Source: Gammaproteobacteria bacterium
GTDB taxonomy: Bacteria > Pseudomonadota > Gammaproteobacteria > Eutrophobiales > Eutrophobiaceae
Direction: 5' to 3'
Assembly: GCA_965205955.1 (NCBI GenBank)
Contig: OZ242192.1
Coordinates: 949,188 to 1,013,187 of the forward strand
Length of the DNA stretch: 64,000 nt
Shown here: positions 8,097 to 17,618 of the stretch, piece after piece
Layout: the number at the start of each line of letters is the position of its first letter
Numbering within the stretch: position 1 is the first letter of the stretch
Translations under genes and position numbers: made by a program
The notes under the pieces: generated by a model
What the model was told of the DNA's origin: nothing
Database searches by the model: none
What the model saw: the letters and a program-made list of their open reading frames with translations, nothing else

Positions 8097-10877
8097 ATGC
8101 GCTTGAGTTGGAACGAAATACGCGCCCGTGCGGCGAAGTTTTCCGAAGAATGGGAAAACGCCCATTATGAAAAGGGCGAGACGCAATCCTTTTACAATGA
8201 TTTCTTTCAGGTCTTTGATGTGAAACGGCGGCGCGTGGCCACGTTTGAGCAGCAGATCAGGAAGCTGAGCAACACGACCGGTTTTATTGATTTGTTCTGG
8301 CCGGGCGTGCTGCTGGTAGAGCAAAAGAGCGAGGGGCTTGATTTAGACAAAGCCTATCAACAGGCACAGGATTATGGCGTCAATCTGAAACCGGAAGAAC
8401 ACCCGCGCTATATTCTGGTCAGTGATTTTCAAAATTTCGGCCTTTATGATTTGGAAGAGCGCGATGAACTGCACTTCCTGCTGGCCGATTTGCACAAGCA
8501 CGTTGAGGCGTTTGGTTTTATAACGGGCGTGCAAAAGCGGGTGTTTCGCGACCAGGACCCGGTCAATATCAAGGCATCGAACTTGATGGCGCGGGTACAT
8601 GACGGCTTGGCGGCGGGGGGCTATGGTGGGCATGATCTGGAGCAGTTTCTTGTGCGGCTTGTGTTCTGCCTGTTTGCCGATGATACCGGCATATTTGAGC
8701 GCGATATTCTCTTGGATTATTTGCAAAACCGCACACAGGCAGATGGCTCTGATCTGGGCGGCAAGCTGGCTGAATTATTTCAGGTGCTGAACACGCCGGA
8801 GGACACCCGCCAGTCCATGCTGGATGAAGATCTGGCCGCCTTTCCTTATGTCAATGGCGAGCTGTTTAGCGGCGCATTGCGTATTCCGGCGTTTAATTCT
8901 ACTTTGCGCGACCATCTGATAACCGCTTGCCTGTTTGATTGGGGCAAAGTCTCGCCGGCGATTTTTGGCTCTCTGTTTCAAGGCGTAATGGATGCCGCTG
9001 CGCGCCGTCAAGAAGGCGCACATTACACGAATGAACAAAATATTCTAAAAGTCATAGAGCCGCTTTTTATGGATGACTTGCGGGCTGAATTTTCCCGCAT
9101 CAAACAACTCAAAACAAAACGCAAAGAGCGATTGCGAGCCTTTCAACAGAAACTGGGGCAGCTAAGCTTTTTTGACCCGGCCTGCGGCTGTGGCAATTTT
9201 CTGGTGATTGCCTACCGCGAGTTGCGGCAGTTAGAGATTGAGGTTTTACAGGCAATCTATCCGCACGGGCAGCAAGAGCTTGATGTTGCTACCTTGTCTC
9301 AGATTGATGTTGACCAGTTTTATGGCATTGAAATTGGCGAGTTTGCCGCCCGCATTGCCGAGACTGCCCTGTGGATGATGGATCATATTATGAATAATAA
9401 GCTCAGCCTTTCCTTTGGGCAGAGTTTTGCGCGTATTCCGTTAGAAAAATCGCCACATATTCTGCATGCCGATGCGCTGGAAACAGACTGGAGCGTCCAT
9501 CTGTCGCCCGCCAATTGCGACTATGTGTTTGGCAACCCGCCTTTTGGGGGGCAGAGCTTCCAAAGCAAAGCCCAGCGCGAGCAAATGCGTCTCATCATTG
9601 ACCCCACGGCCAAACGCGCAAACCCGCTTGATTATGTGACGGCGTGGTTTTTGAAGGCGGGGGCGTATGTGCAAAATGGCAAGGCAAAAATCGGCTTTGT
9701 GGCGACCAATTCCATCACCCAGGGCGAGCAAGTGGCAATGCTCTGGCCGCTTTTATTTGAACGCTGCAAATTAGAGATTGCCTTTGCCCACCGCACTTTT
9801 GCATGGGCGTCAGAGGCGCGCGGCGCGGCGCATGTGCATGTGGTGATTATCGGCCTTACTCGCGCCGATATGGAACCGAAAGAAAAGCGGCTTTTTTCTT
9901 ATCCCGATAGTAAGGGCGACCCGCAAGAAAGCCGCCATGCGGCACTCTCACCCTATCTGTTCGATGCGTCAAAATTAACAAACAGACATCTTGTTGCGAA
10001 GGATACGGCGAACCCGATAGATAATCGTTTGCGCATGATGCGAGGTGTGCAGTCTACCGATGGAGGGCATTATATTTTTCGCGGTGAAGAATATGATGAA
10101 TTTCTGAAACTGGAGCCGAAAGCCAAACAATATATGCGCCCCTATATCGGCGCAGAAGAGTTTATCAATGGCAAACAACGCTGGATTTTGTTTTTGCGCG
10201 ATATAGACCCCGCCGTTTTGAAAACAATGCCGCATGTGCAGGAGCGGGTGCAGCGCGTTAAAGAAATGCGCAGCCAAAGCCGCAAACCCGCAACGCAAAA
10301 ACTGGCCAATTATCCAACATTATTGGAAGGAAAAACTATCCCCCAAGCTCCCTTTCTCGTCGTGCCACGGGTCAGTTCGGAGCGACGCGAATATGCTCCG
10401 ATTGGTTGGCTTGAACCGCCTACAATTCCCAGCGATGCGACCACTATTATACCCGATACAAATTTGCCAGTTTTCGCCCTTCTCACCTCAGCGATGCACA
10501 TGGCGTGGCTACGTCATATCGGCGGGCGATTGAAAAGTGATTATCGTTATTCTGTTGGTATCGTGTATAACACCTTCCCGATGCCGCCCATGACCGAGCG
10601 GCAAAAGGTAGCGATTGGAGAGAAATCGCAAGCCGTGCTGGATGCCCGCGCAGCCCATGCAGACGCAACATTAGCCACCCTTTACGACCCCGATGTAATG
10701 CCCCCCGATTTGCGCCGCGCCCATACCGCACTCGACAAAGCCGTTGACCGCCTCTATCGCAAAGCCCCTTTCACCTCCGAACGCGAACGGGTAGAGCATC
10801 TCTTCACCCGCTACGAACAAATGACCTCCCCCCTCACCGCCCCCAGAAAAAAACGGCGGAAACGACAGGAAAAATAA
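8097..10877 (+). CDS. MmeI-like type IIL/IIG fused restriction-modification enzyme
   Basis: PD-(D/E)xK FIDLFWPGVLLVEQKS, GAHYT, FFDPACGCGNF (motif I), GNPPF (motif IV), C-terminal TRD and LYDPD..P..LR.AH..LD. Confidence 0.92.
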   Translation: MRLSWNEIRARAAKFSEEWENAHYEKGETQSFYNDFFQVFDVKRRRVATFEQQIRKLSNTTGFIDLFWPGVLLVEQKSEGLDLDKAYQQAQDYGVNLKPEEHPRYILVSDFQNFGLYDLEERDELHFLLADLHKHVEAFGFITGVQKRVFRDQDPVNIKASNLMARVHDGLAAGGYGGHDLEQFLVRLVFCLFADDTGIFERDILLDYLQNRTQADGSDLGGKLAELFQVLNTPEDTRQSMLDEDLAAFPYVNGELFSGALRIPAFNSTLRDHLITACLFDWGKVSPAIFGSLFQGVMDAAARRQEGAHYTNEQNILKVIEPLFMDDLRAEFSRIKQLKTKRKERLRAFQQKLGQLSFFDPACGCGNFLVIAYRELRQLEIEVLQAIYPHGQQELDVATLSQIDVDQFYGIEIGEFAARIAETALWMMDHIMNNKLSLSFGQSFARIPLEKSPHILHADALETDWSVHLSPANCDYVFGNPPFGGQSFQSKAQREQMRLIIDPTAKRANPLDYVTAWFLKAGAYVQNGKAKIGFVATNSITQGEQVAMLWPLLFERCKLEIAFAHRTFAWASEARGAAHVHVVIIGLTRADMEPKEKRLFSYPDSKGDPQESRHAALSPYLFDASKLTNRHLVAKDTANPIDNRLRMMRGVQSTDGGHYIFRGEEYDEFLKLEPKAKQYMRPYIGAEEFINGKQRWILFLRDIDPAVLKTMPHVQERVQRVKEMRSQSRKPATQKLANYPTLLEGKTIPQAPFLVVPRVSSERREYAPIGWLEPPTIPSDATTIIPDTNLPVFALLTSAMHMAWLRHIGGRLKSDYRYSVGIVYNTFPMPPMTERQKVAIGEKSQAVLDARAAHADATLATLYDPDVMPPDLRRAHTALDKAVDRLYRKAPFTSERERVEHLFTRYEQMTSPLTAPRKKRRKRQEK

Positions 10878-10929
10878 AAATGTTCCTATATTGTTCTTCT
10901 TTATAACTTGATAGCGGAAAATGCGCACA

Positions 10930-12027
10930 CTAATCGATCAGATTGGTATAGGCGTCATCGGACATGCTGCTCCAGATTTCATAGTTTTTTCTGAAAGAGT
11001 CATACGCCTGATAGATTTTTTTGAAATTAGCATTCTTGGCGGCTTCTTCGTCCATGGTGGCCTTGGTCAACGTTTTCAGTTCTTCCAGGATCTCGGCCGG
11101 GAACGGCAGAACCTCGACATTTTGTTTTTGTTCCAACTGCTGCAATGCCTTTTGGTTTTGATATTCCATTTGCGCATAAATCCGTTGGTTGGTTGCAATG
11201 GCGGTAATATCGACGATATGCTGTAAATCTTCCGGTAATTGCTGCCAATTGTTTATATTGATAATCAATTCAAAGGCGGTGCCAGGCTCGTGCCAGCCGG
11301 GGTAGTAATAGTAGTCGGCGGCGCGATTCAAACCCAGGCGCAAATCATGAAACGGGGCTACCCATTCGGTTGCATCAATCGCGCCCCGCTCAAGGGCGGT
11401 ATAAATTTCACCGCCGGCCATCAATACCGGGTTGCCGCCGGCTTTTTTGAGCACTTTGCCGCCAAGACCGGGGATGCGCATTCGCAGACCTTTCAGGTCG
11501 CTCAGCGATTCGATTTTTTTATTGAACCAGCCGCCCATTTGCACGCCGGTATTGCCCATGGGAAATGGAATGACGTTAAAGGGACGGTACACGTCCCGCC
11601 ACAGTTCAAGGCCGCCTCCATTGTAAAACCAGGCATTCGTGCCCCTTGCCGTCATGCCAAACGGCACCGATGAGAAAAATTGCGCCTCGGGGATTTTTCC
11701 CGCCCAGTAATAGGCGGAGCCGTGCCCCATCTGGACTATTCCCTGAGATACCGCATCGAATACCTGCAAAGCGGGGACGAGTTCGCCGCCGGCATATACT
11801 TGTATATCCAGCCGCCCCCGGCTCATTACTTTTACTTCCCGCGCAAAATTTTCCGCTTCTTCCTGAAAGATCGGAAAATTGGCCGGCCAGGTTGTAATCA
11901 TCTTCCATTTGAATACTTGATCCGCATTGGCAGCCGCTACCGGTGCGGTATTGGAATCAGGATTGCCACACGCCGCCGAAATGAGACAGAGTGTATATAC
12001 ACTTATTGCCCGAAATAATTTATTCAT
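10930..12027 (-). CDS. dctP: TRAP transporter substrate-binding lipoprotein (DctP/TakP-like)
   Basis: Lipobox LISAAC, WKMITTWP, GNTGVQMGGWF, LRMRIPGLGG, YYPGWHEPG. Confidence 0.9.
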   Translation of the reverse strand: MNKLFRAISVYTLCLISAACGNPDSNTAPVAAANADQVFKWKMITTWPANFPIFQEEAENFAREVKVMSRGRLDIQVYAGGELVPALQVFDAVSQGIVQMGHGSAYYWAGKIPEAQFFSSVPFGMTARGTNAWFYNGGGLELWRDVYRPFNVIPFPMGNTGVQMGGWFNKKIESLSDLKGLRMRIPGLGGKVLKKAGGNPVLMAGGEIYTALERGAIDATEWVAPFHDLRLGLNRAADYYYYPGWHEPGTAFELIININNWQQLPEDLQHIVDITAIATNQRIYAQMEYQNQKALQQLEQKQNVEVLPFPAEILEELKTLTKATMDEEAAKNANFKKIYQAYDSFRKNYEIWSSMSDDAYTNLID

Positions 12028-12072
12028 TGATTTTCCCTGTAACGGCTGGTTGATGGTTTTGGATTGCCACAT

Positions 12073-14241
12073 TTAAATACACTCGATTGTTTGCAAACCT
12101 GCATACGCTGCAACCAGCCATTTGCAGCCCGCCTGTTCAAAGTTGACCTGCACCCGGGTGTGACCACCGGCGCCTTCAAGGTTCAGTATGACACCTTCAC
12201 CGAATTTGGTATGCGCCACCCTTTGCCCCAGTCTCAATCCGCTTTCGGCAATCTCTTGCCCCTTGGTATTGGCAATCAAGGTGGATTGGATACCGCCGCC
12301 AAGCCGAATTTCATATAACAGGTCGGCGGGGATCTCCTTTAGAAATCGCGATACCTCCGGATAGTAATCGGAACCGTGCATGCGCCGATGCTGGGCATAG
12401 GTCAGGGTCAGATTTTTTTTGGCCCGGGTAATGCCAACATAACAAAGCCGCCGCTCCTCTTCCAGCTGAATCAAGTCCCCGCTACTACGCTGATGCGGGA
12501 ATAACCCCTCTTCCATGCCCACAAGAAATACCTGTGAAAATTCCAGTCCCTTGGCGGAATGCAGTGTCATCAAATGCACGCAATCGGTGTAACCGTCAGC
12601 CTGGGTTGCCCCGGATTCCAAGGCTGCATGCGCAAGAAAAGCAGAGAGTTCGTCTAACTGTTCTTCGTCGTCATCCACTCTAAAACCGCGTGCGGCCGTA
12701 ACCAGCTCTTCCAGATTTTCGATCCGGGTCAGACTTTTTTCGTCATTGTCCTTGCGAAAATGCTCTATCAAGCCGCTTTTCTGAATCACTGCATCCACGT
12801 GTTGATGGAGCGGGGCGGCCAGGCTGCTTCTTTCCATCGATTGGATGCGCTGCAGAAATCCTTCCAGGCAAGCCAGTGCACGGGCATTCATTAGTTTATG
12901 CCTCAGCGTCTGCTCGGTTGCACTCCATAGAGAGCAATTATTATCGCGCGCGGCGGCACGCAGTGTTTCAAGAGTGCGCTGCCCGATGCCGCGCGGTGGT
13001 GTATTGACGATTCGTTCAAATGAGGCATCGTCATCGTGAAACCGGCTCAGGCGCACATAGGCCAGCGCATCTTTGATTTCCGCTCGTTCGTAAAAGCGCA
13101 TCCCCCCATACACCCTGTATGGGATCTGTGCATACATCAGGGTTTCTTCAATCACTCGCGATTGGGCGCTGGTTCGATACAATATGGCATGCTCGCCGTA
13201 GGCCTTGCCGTCATCGCCGGATAATTTTATCTTGTCGATGACAAATTGCGCTTCGTCCTGCTCGTTGTATGCCATGTACAGGCCAATGCGGTCGCCCTCA
13301 TTTCCTGAAGTCCATAACTCCTTGCCCAGGCGGCTGCTGTTATTTGCGATAAGTTTATTCGCCGCTTTCAATATTGTTGCCGTAGACCGGTAATTCTGTT
13401 CAAGCCGCAATACTTTTACACCATTAAAATCTCTTTCAAACTGCTGCATGTTTTCGACTCGTGCGCCTCGCCAACTGTATATAGATTGATCATCATCACC
13501 GACGGCAAACAGGGTGCCATTCGAGCCGGTCAACAGCTTGAGCCAGCCATATTGCAGCGCATTGGTGTCCTGAAATTCATCTACCAGCAAATACTTGAAG
13601 CGTTGCCGGTAATGCTGCAATACCGCATCGTTATTGCGAAACAATTCATCGGCGCGCAATAGTAATTCGGCAAAATCTACCAGGCCGTTTCGATCACAGT
13701 GCTCCTGATAAGATTTATATACATGGACCAACCGCGATACATTCACCTCGCCGTCATCATTTATCTGATCCGGCCTCAACCCCTCATCTTTTCTGGCATT
13801 GATAAACCATTGTGATTCGCGGGCGGGAAAGCGTGCTTCGTCCAGCCCCATTGCTCTGATCACACGCCGTATTGTGCGCAATTGATCGTCACTATCGAGT
13901 ATCTGGAAGCTCTCGGGCAGGCCGCAATCCTGCCGGTGCGTGCGCAATAGCCGGTGGGCTAGGCCGTGAAATGTGCCCACCCACATGCCTCGGATCGACT
14001 GCCCCGCTAAATTCTCAATCCGTGAACGCATCTCCGCGGCGGCCTTGTTGGTAAAAGTAACGGCCAGTATTCCATATGCCGTGGCCTGCCCGGTTTCAAT
14101 ATACCAGGCAACGCGATGCGCCAACACGCGGGTTTTGCCGCTGCCGGCGCCGGCCAATACCAGTATATTGGTATTTTCGGCAGCGACAGCATCACGCTGC
14201 GCCGTATTCAAAGGATCGAGTATATGAGATACGTCATCCAT
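12073..14241 (-). CDS. uvrD: DNA helicase II
   Basis: AGAGSGKT, TFTNKAA, VDEFQDTN, VGDDDQSIY, TLHSAKGLEF, EERRLCYVGITRA, C-terminal Tudor-like region. Confidence 0.96.
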   Translation of the reverse strand: MDDVSHILDPLNTAQRDAVAAENTNILVLAGAGSGKTRVLAHRVAWYIETGQATAYGILAVTFTNKAAAEMRSRIENLAGQSIRGMWVGTFHGLAHRLLRTHRQDCGLPESFQILDSDDQLRTIRRVIRAMGLDEARFPARESQWFINARKDEGLRPDQINDDGEVNVSRLVHVYKSYQEHCDRNGLVDFAELLLRADELFRNNDAVLQHYRQRFKYLLVDEFQDTNALQYGWLKLLTGSNGTLFAVGDDDQSIYSWRGARVENMQQFERDFNGVKVLRLEQNYRSTATILKAANKLIANNSSRLGKELWTSGNEGDRIGLYMAYNEQDEAQFVIDKIKLSGDDGKAYGEHAILYRTSAQSRVIEETLMYAQIPYRVYGGMRFYERAEIKDALAYVRLSRFHDDDASFERIVNTPPRGIGQRTLETLRAAARDNNCSLWSATEQTLRHKLMNARALACLEGFLQRIQSMERSSLAAPLHQHVDAVIQKSGLIEHFRKDNDEKSLTRIENLEELVTAARGFRVDDDEEQLDELSAFLAHAALESGATQADGYTDCVHLMTLHSAKGLEFSQVFLVGMEEGLFPHQRSSGDLIQLEEERRLCYVGITRAKKNLTLTYAQHRRMHGSDYYPEVSRFLKEIPADLLYEIRLGGGIQSTLIANTKGQEIAESGLRLGQRVAHTKFGEGVILNLEGAGGHTRVQVNFEQAGCKWLVAAYAGLQTIECI

Positions 14242-14309
14242 GGCAGGATTGTATCAAACTATCACTGGTATATATCCGCTTTAGCGCAAAATGCTACTAT
14301 ACCCATCCA

Positions 14310-15674
14310 ATGGTTACTAATATCGTCAACAACTGCTCCGAATTATCCGGTGCGGATTTAAAAAATGAACAGGAGCGAATTATCCGGTTTGTGCTGGATG
14401 CGGCGCTGGAGCGTGGCGCAACCTCTGCGGAAGCGGCCATTACCAGCGGCACAGGATTATCCGTGACGGTGCGCATGGGTGAAGCGGATAAAATAGAACG
14501 CGAACAGGATAAGGCTCTTGCGTTAACGGTCTATATGGACGGACAGAAGGGCAGTATCGGCACTTCCGATTTCAGTCAAGGCTCGCTGGTAGAGGCAGTC
14601 AGCGCCGCCGCCGACATTGCAGGGCATGCGGGACAGGACAAGTGTGCCGGCCTGGTCGAAGCCGGCCTGATGGCAACAGAAATTGTAGATCTGGATCTTT
14701 GTCACCCCTGGGCAATCACTCCGGAGCAGGCCGTTGATCTTGCAATTGAGTGTGAAAATCATGCATTGAGCTATGATAAGCGCATCAATAATTCCGATGG
14801 CGCCGTTGTCAGCACCTACTCCGGGATGCATGTATATGGCAATACTCACGGCTTCATCAATGGCTGGCCATGGTCAAGCCATACCATCAGTTGTGCAGTG
14901 ATTGCGGAGGATATAAAAGGCATGCAGTGTGATGGCTGGTACAGCAAGAGCCGGGATCATCTTCAGCTACAGGAGCTGCGGGAAACAGGAGAAGAAGCGG
15001 GCAGAAGAGCGGTCAGCAGGCTTGGTTCGGAACGGCTGAGCACTCGCAACACACCGGTGATCTTTGAAGCGCCGGTTGCCTCCGGTCTGTTTTCCGCATT
15101 GATTACCGCCATTTCAGGGGGGAGCCTGTACCGCCGGGCGAGCTTTTTACTGGACCAAAAGGGACAGAAAATATTTTCCGACAACGTCCGGATAAGTGAA
15201 AACCCCCACCTGAAAAAGGCCCTGGGCAGCGCACCTTTTGATAATGACGGGGTAGCAACCAGAACGCGGGAAATCGTCACGGACGGCGTGTTGCAGGATT
15301 ATGTGTTGAGCGGTTATTCTGCTCGAAAACTTGGACTCGAAACCACCGGAAATGCCGGCGGCGTACATAACCTGGTAATTGAACCGGGTGAACATGATCT
15401 GTCAGGACTGCTGAAGATGATGGATAGGGGTGTGTTGGTCACCGATATGATCGGTTTTGGCGTGAACCAGGTAACCGGCGATTACTCCCGGGGGGCATCC
15501 GGATTCTGGGTCGAAAATGGAGAAGTCCGCTACCCGGTGGATGAGATCACAGTCGCCGGCAATTTAAAGGAAATGTACAAGAATATTATTGCGGTTGGCA
15601 AAGATGTCGATCCCAGAGGCAATATTTTAACCGGCTCGGTTCTGGTGGAAAATATGGCGGTTGCGGGTGAGTAA
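14310..15674 (+). CDS. pmbA: Metalloprotease PmbA (TldE)
   Basis: LDLCHPW, PFDNDGV, TGNAGG, GVNQVTGDYSRGASGFW; start placed at ATG 14310. Confidence 0.93.
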   Translation: MVTNIVNNCSELSGADLKNEQERIIRFVLDAALERGATSAEAAITSGTGLSVTVRMGEADKIEREQDKALALTVYMDGQKGSIGTSDFSQGSLVEAVSAAADIAGHAGQDKCAGLVEAGLMATEIVDLDLCHPWAITPEQAVDLAIECENHALSYDKRINNSDGAVVSTYSGMHVYGNTHGFINGWPWSSHTISCAVIAEDIKGMQCDGWYSKSRDHLQLQELRETGEEAGRRAVSRLGSERLSTRNTPVIFEAPVASGLFSALITAISGGSLYRRASFLLDQKGQKIFSDNVRISENPHLKKALGSAPFDNDGVATRTREIVTDGVLQDYVLSGYSARKLGLETTGNAGGVHNLVIEPGEHDLSGLLKMMDRGVLVTDMIGFGVNQVTGDYSRGASGFWVENGEVRYPVDEITVAGNLKEMYKNIIAVGKDVDPRGNILTGSVLVENMAVAGE

Positions 15675-15680
15675 ACCTGT

Positions 15681-16625
15681 ATGGATATAGCAAAGGAAAA
15701 AACAGAGCGATCACAGATAATAAAGAACCGCATCGATCAGATCGTCAATGCAATCGGGCAAATCATTGTCGGCAAGGAAACCAGTATACGTCTTGCGCTG
15801 GTTTGCATGATCGCACACGGACACCTGCTGATCGAAGATACTCCCGGAGTTGGCAAGACTACCCTGGCCCAGACCCTGGCAAAGGTATTGGGACTGGGCT
15901 ATCAGCGCATACAATTTACCAGCGATCTATTGCCGGCAGATATTCTGGGAGTTTCGATCTACGACCGCAATAACGGTGAATTTGAGTTCCGCCCGGGACC
16001 GGTATTTACCCAGATGCTGCTTGCGGATGAAATCAATCGCGCCACGCCAAGAGCGCAAAGCGCCTTGCTGGAAGCAATGGCCGAATACCAGATTACCGTT
16101 GAAGGCGAGACTCGTCCTTTGCCGCAGCCTTTTTTTGTTATAGCCACACAAAATCCCACCAGCCAGATTGGAACGTTTCATTTGCCCGAATCGCAGCTCG
16201 ACCGATTTTTGATGCGTTTGCGGCTTGGTTACCCGGATAATGCCGCGGAACGCACCCTGTTAAAAGGCACAGACCGGCGCAAACTGCTGTCCGGGCTCAA
16301 ACCGGTTCTAAGAAGCAACGAACTGATCGCCCTGCAAACACAGGCCGAAACAATCCATGTCTCCGATGCCTTGCTCGATTATATTCAGGCCCTGCTTGAG
16401 TGCAGCCGGCAATCCGCCGAGTTCAATGATGGCCTGTCTCCCAGAGCGGGCCTGGCGATTTTACACGGCGCGCGCGCATGGGCGATGGCACATGGCCATA
16501 AATATGTAATGCCGGAGGACGTACAGGCGGTATTGCCCAGTATAATTGGGCACCGTTTGTTCAGTAGCAGGCTGCATGAGCATGATCCCGCCGCGATGCT
16601 CATTCAACAAATCGCCGTACCGTAA
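15681..16625 (+). CDS. MoxR-family AAA+ ATPase
   Basis: GHLLIEDTPGVGKT, RIQFTSDLLPADI, LADEINRA, ATQNP, QLDRF. Confidence 0.95.
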   Translation: MDIAKEKTERSQIIKNRIDQIVNAIGQIIVGKETSIRLALVCMIAHGHLLIEDTPGVGKTTLAQTLAKVLGLGYQRIQFTSDLLPADILGVSIYDRNNGEFEFRPGPVFTQMLLADEINRATPRAQSALLEAMAEYQITVEGETRPLPQPFFVIATQNPTSQIGTFHLPESQLDRFLMRLRLGYPDNAAERTLLKGTDRRKLLSGLKPVLRSNELIALQTQAETIHVSDALLDYIQALLECSRQSAEFNDGLSPRAGLAILHGARAWAMAHGHKYVMPEDVQAVLPSIIGHRLFSSRLHEHDPAAMLIQQIAVP

Positions 16626-16628
16626 TCA

Positions 16629-17618
16629 GTGAGCGCCAACGCTGTCGTACTGGAGCGTCTGACATCCCCGGCGGACGACCTGGATTATGGTGCGACCGGG
16701 CTGACTCGAAATAGGGTGTTTATTCTGCCAACCAGGCAGGGGGTATTGTATGCCGTGATGCTGTTTGTCATGTTACTGGGGGCAATTAACTATAATAACA
16801 GTATGGGGTTTGTTCTGTGCTTTTTTCTTGCAAGCCTTGCGCTGGTTTGCATCCTGCATACGTACCGCAATCTGAGGGGATTGATATTGACCAGCGGCGA
16901 TCCCGAGCCCGTCTTTGCGGGTGAGATCGCCCAATTCCCCGTCACATTGAATAACCGCTCCGGCACAAAGCGCCATGCGCTGGAATTTTCATCGGTCAAG
17001 AAAAGATCCTTCCGGAAAAAGCGCGATCATCCCGCCGCATGGCAAGTGAACTTTGATATAGATGCAGAGAAGCAGGAACCCGTTTTTCTTCCGCTCCAAA
17101 CCAAATACAGGGGCCATCATTCTATCAATCGAGTCAGGATCGCCGGCAGATTCCCTCTGGGGCTGTTCCGGGCCTGGTCTTACTACGATATTGACAATAA
17201 ATGCCTGGTCTACCCCAGGCCGGCCGGCTCCGATCATTTACCGGAGCATAGTTTGCTTGCCAATGAGCAATGTGACGGCGGCATGAGCGGCGTCGATGAT
17301 TTCAGCGGCTTTAAGAAATACACGCCCGGCGATCCAATTAAAATGATTTCCTGGAAGGCGCTGGCCAGGGGACAGGAATTAATGGTCAAACAGTTTATTG
17401 GCAAAGGCGCGAGAAAGTTAATGTTCAACTGGCAGCTAGTCCGGCATCTGGAGAATACTGAAGCCCGTTTGTCGCAGCTATGCAAGTGGATCCTTATTGC
17501 GGAACAACAAGGGTTTCTCTACGGACTCGAATTACCACACATTGTAATCGAGCCAAAACAGGGCATGCCGCATAAGCGCCGCTGTCTTGAGGAGCTTGCT
17601 TTATTCAGAGGCCGATGA
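16629..17618 (+). CDS. DUF58 domain protein (MoxR partner)
   Basis: FILPT..G, NYNNS, FPLGLFRAW, LVYP.P, DFSG.K.Y.PGD..K.I.WK. Confidence 0.9.
   Translation: MSANAVVLERLTSPADDLDYGATGLTRNRVFILPTRQGVLYAVMLFVMLLGAINYNNSMGFVLCFFLASLALVCILHTYRNLRGLILTSGDPEPVFAGEIAQFPVTLNNRSGTKRHALEFSSVKKRSFRKKRDHPAAWQVNFDIDAEKQEPVFLPLQTKYRGHHSINRVRIAGRFPLGLFRAWSYYDIDNKCLVYPRPAGSDHLPEHSLLANEQCDGGMSGVDDFSGFKKYTPGDPIKMISWKALARGQELMVKQFIGKGARKLMFNWQLVRHLENTEARLSQLCKWILIAEQQGFLYGLELPHIVIEPKQGMPHKRRCLEELALFRGR

Noticed and set aside
14076-14309. Long N-terminal extensions in the ORF track (pmbA, and likewise metZ, MBL hydrolase, gshB, mutM, asnS)
   Set aside because: They overlap neighbouring genes or regulatory DNA; family-typical starts lie downstream
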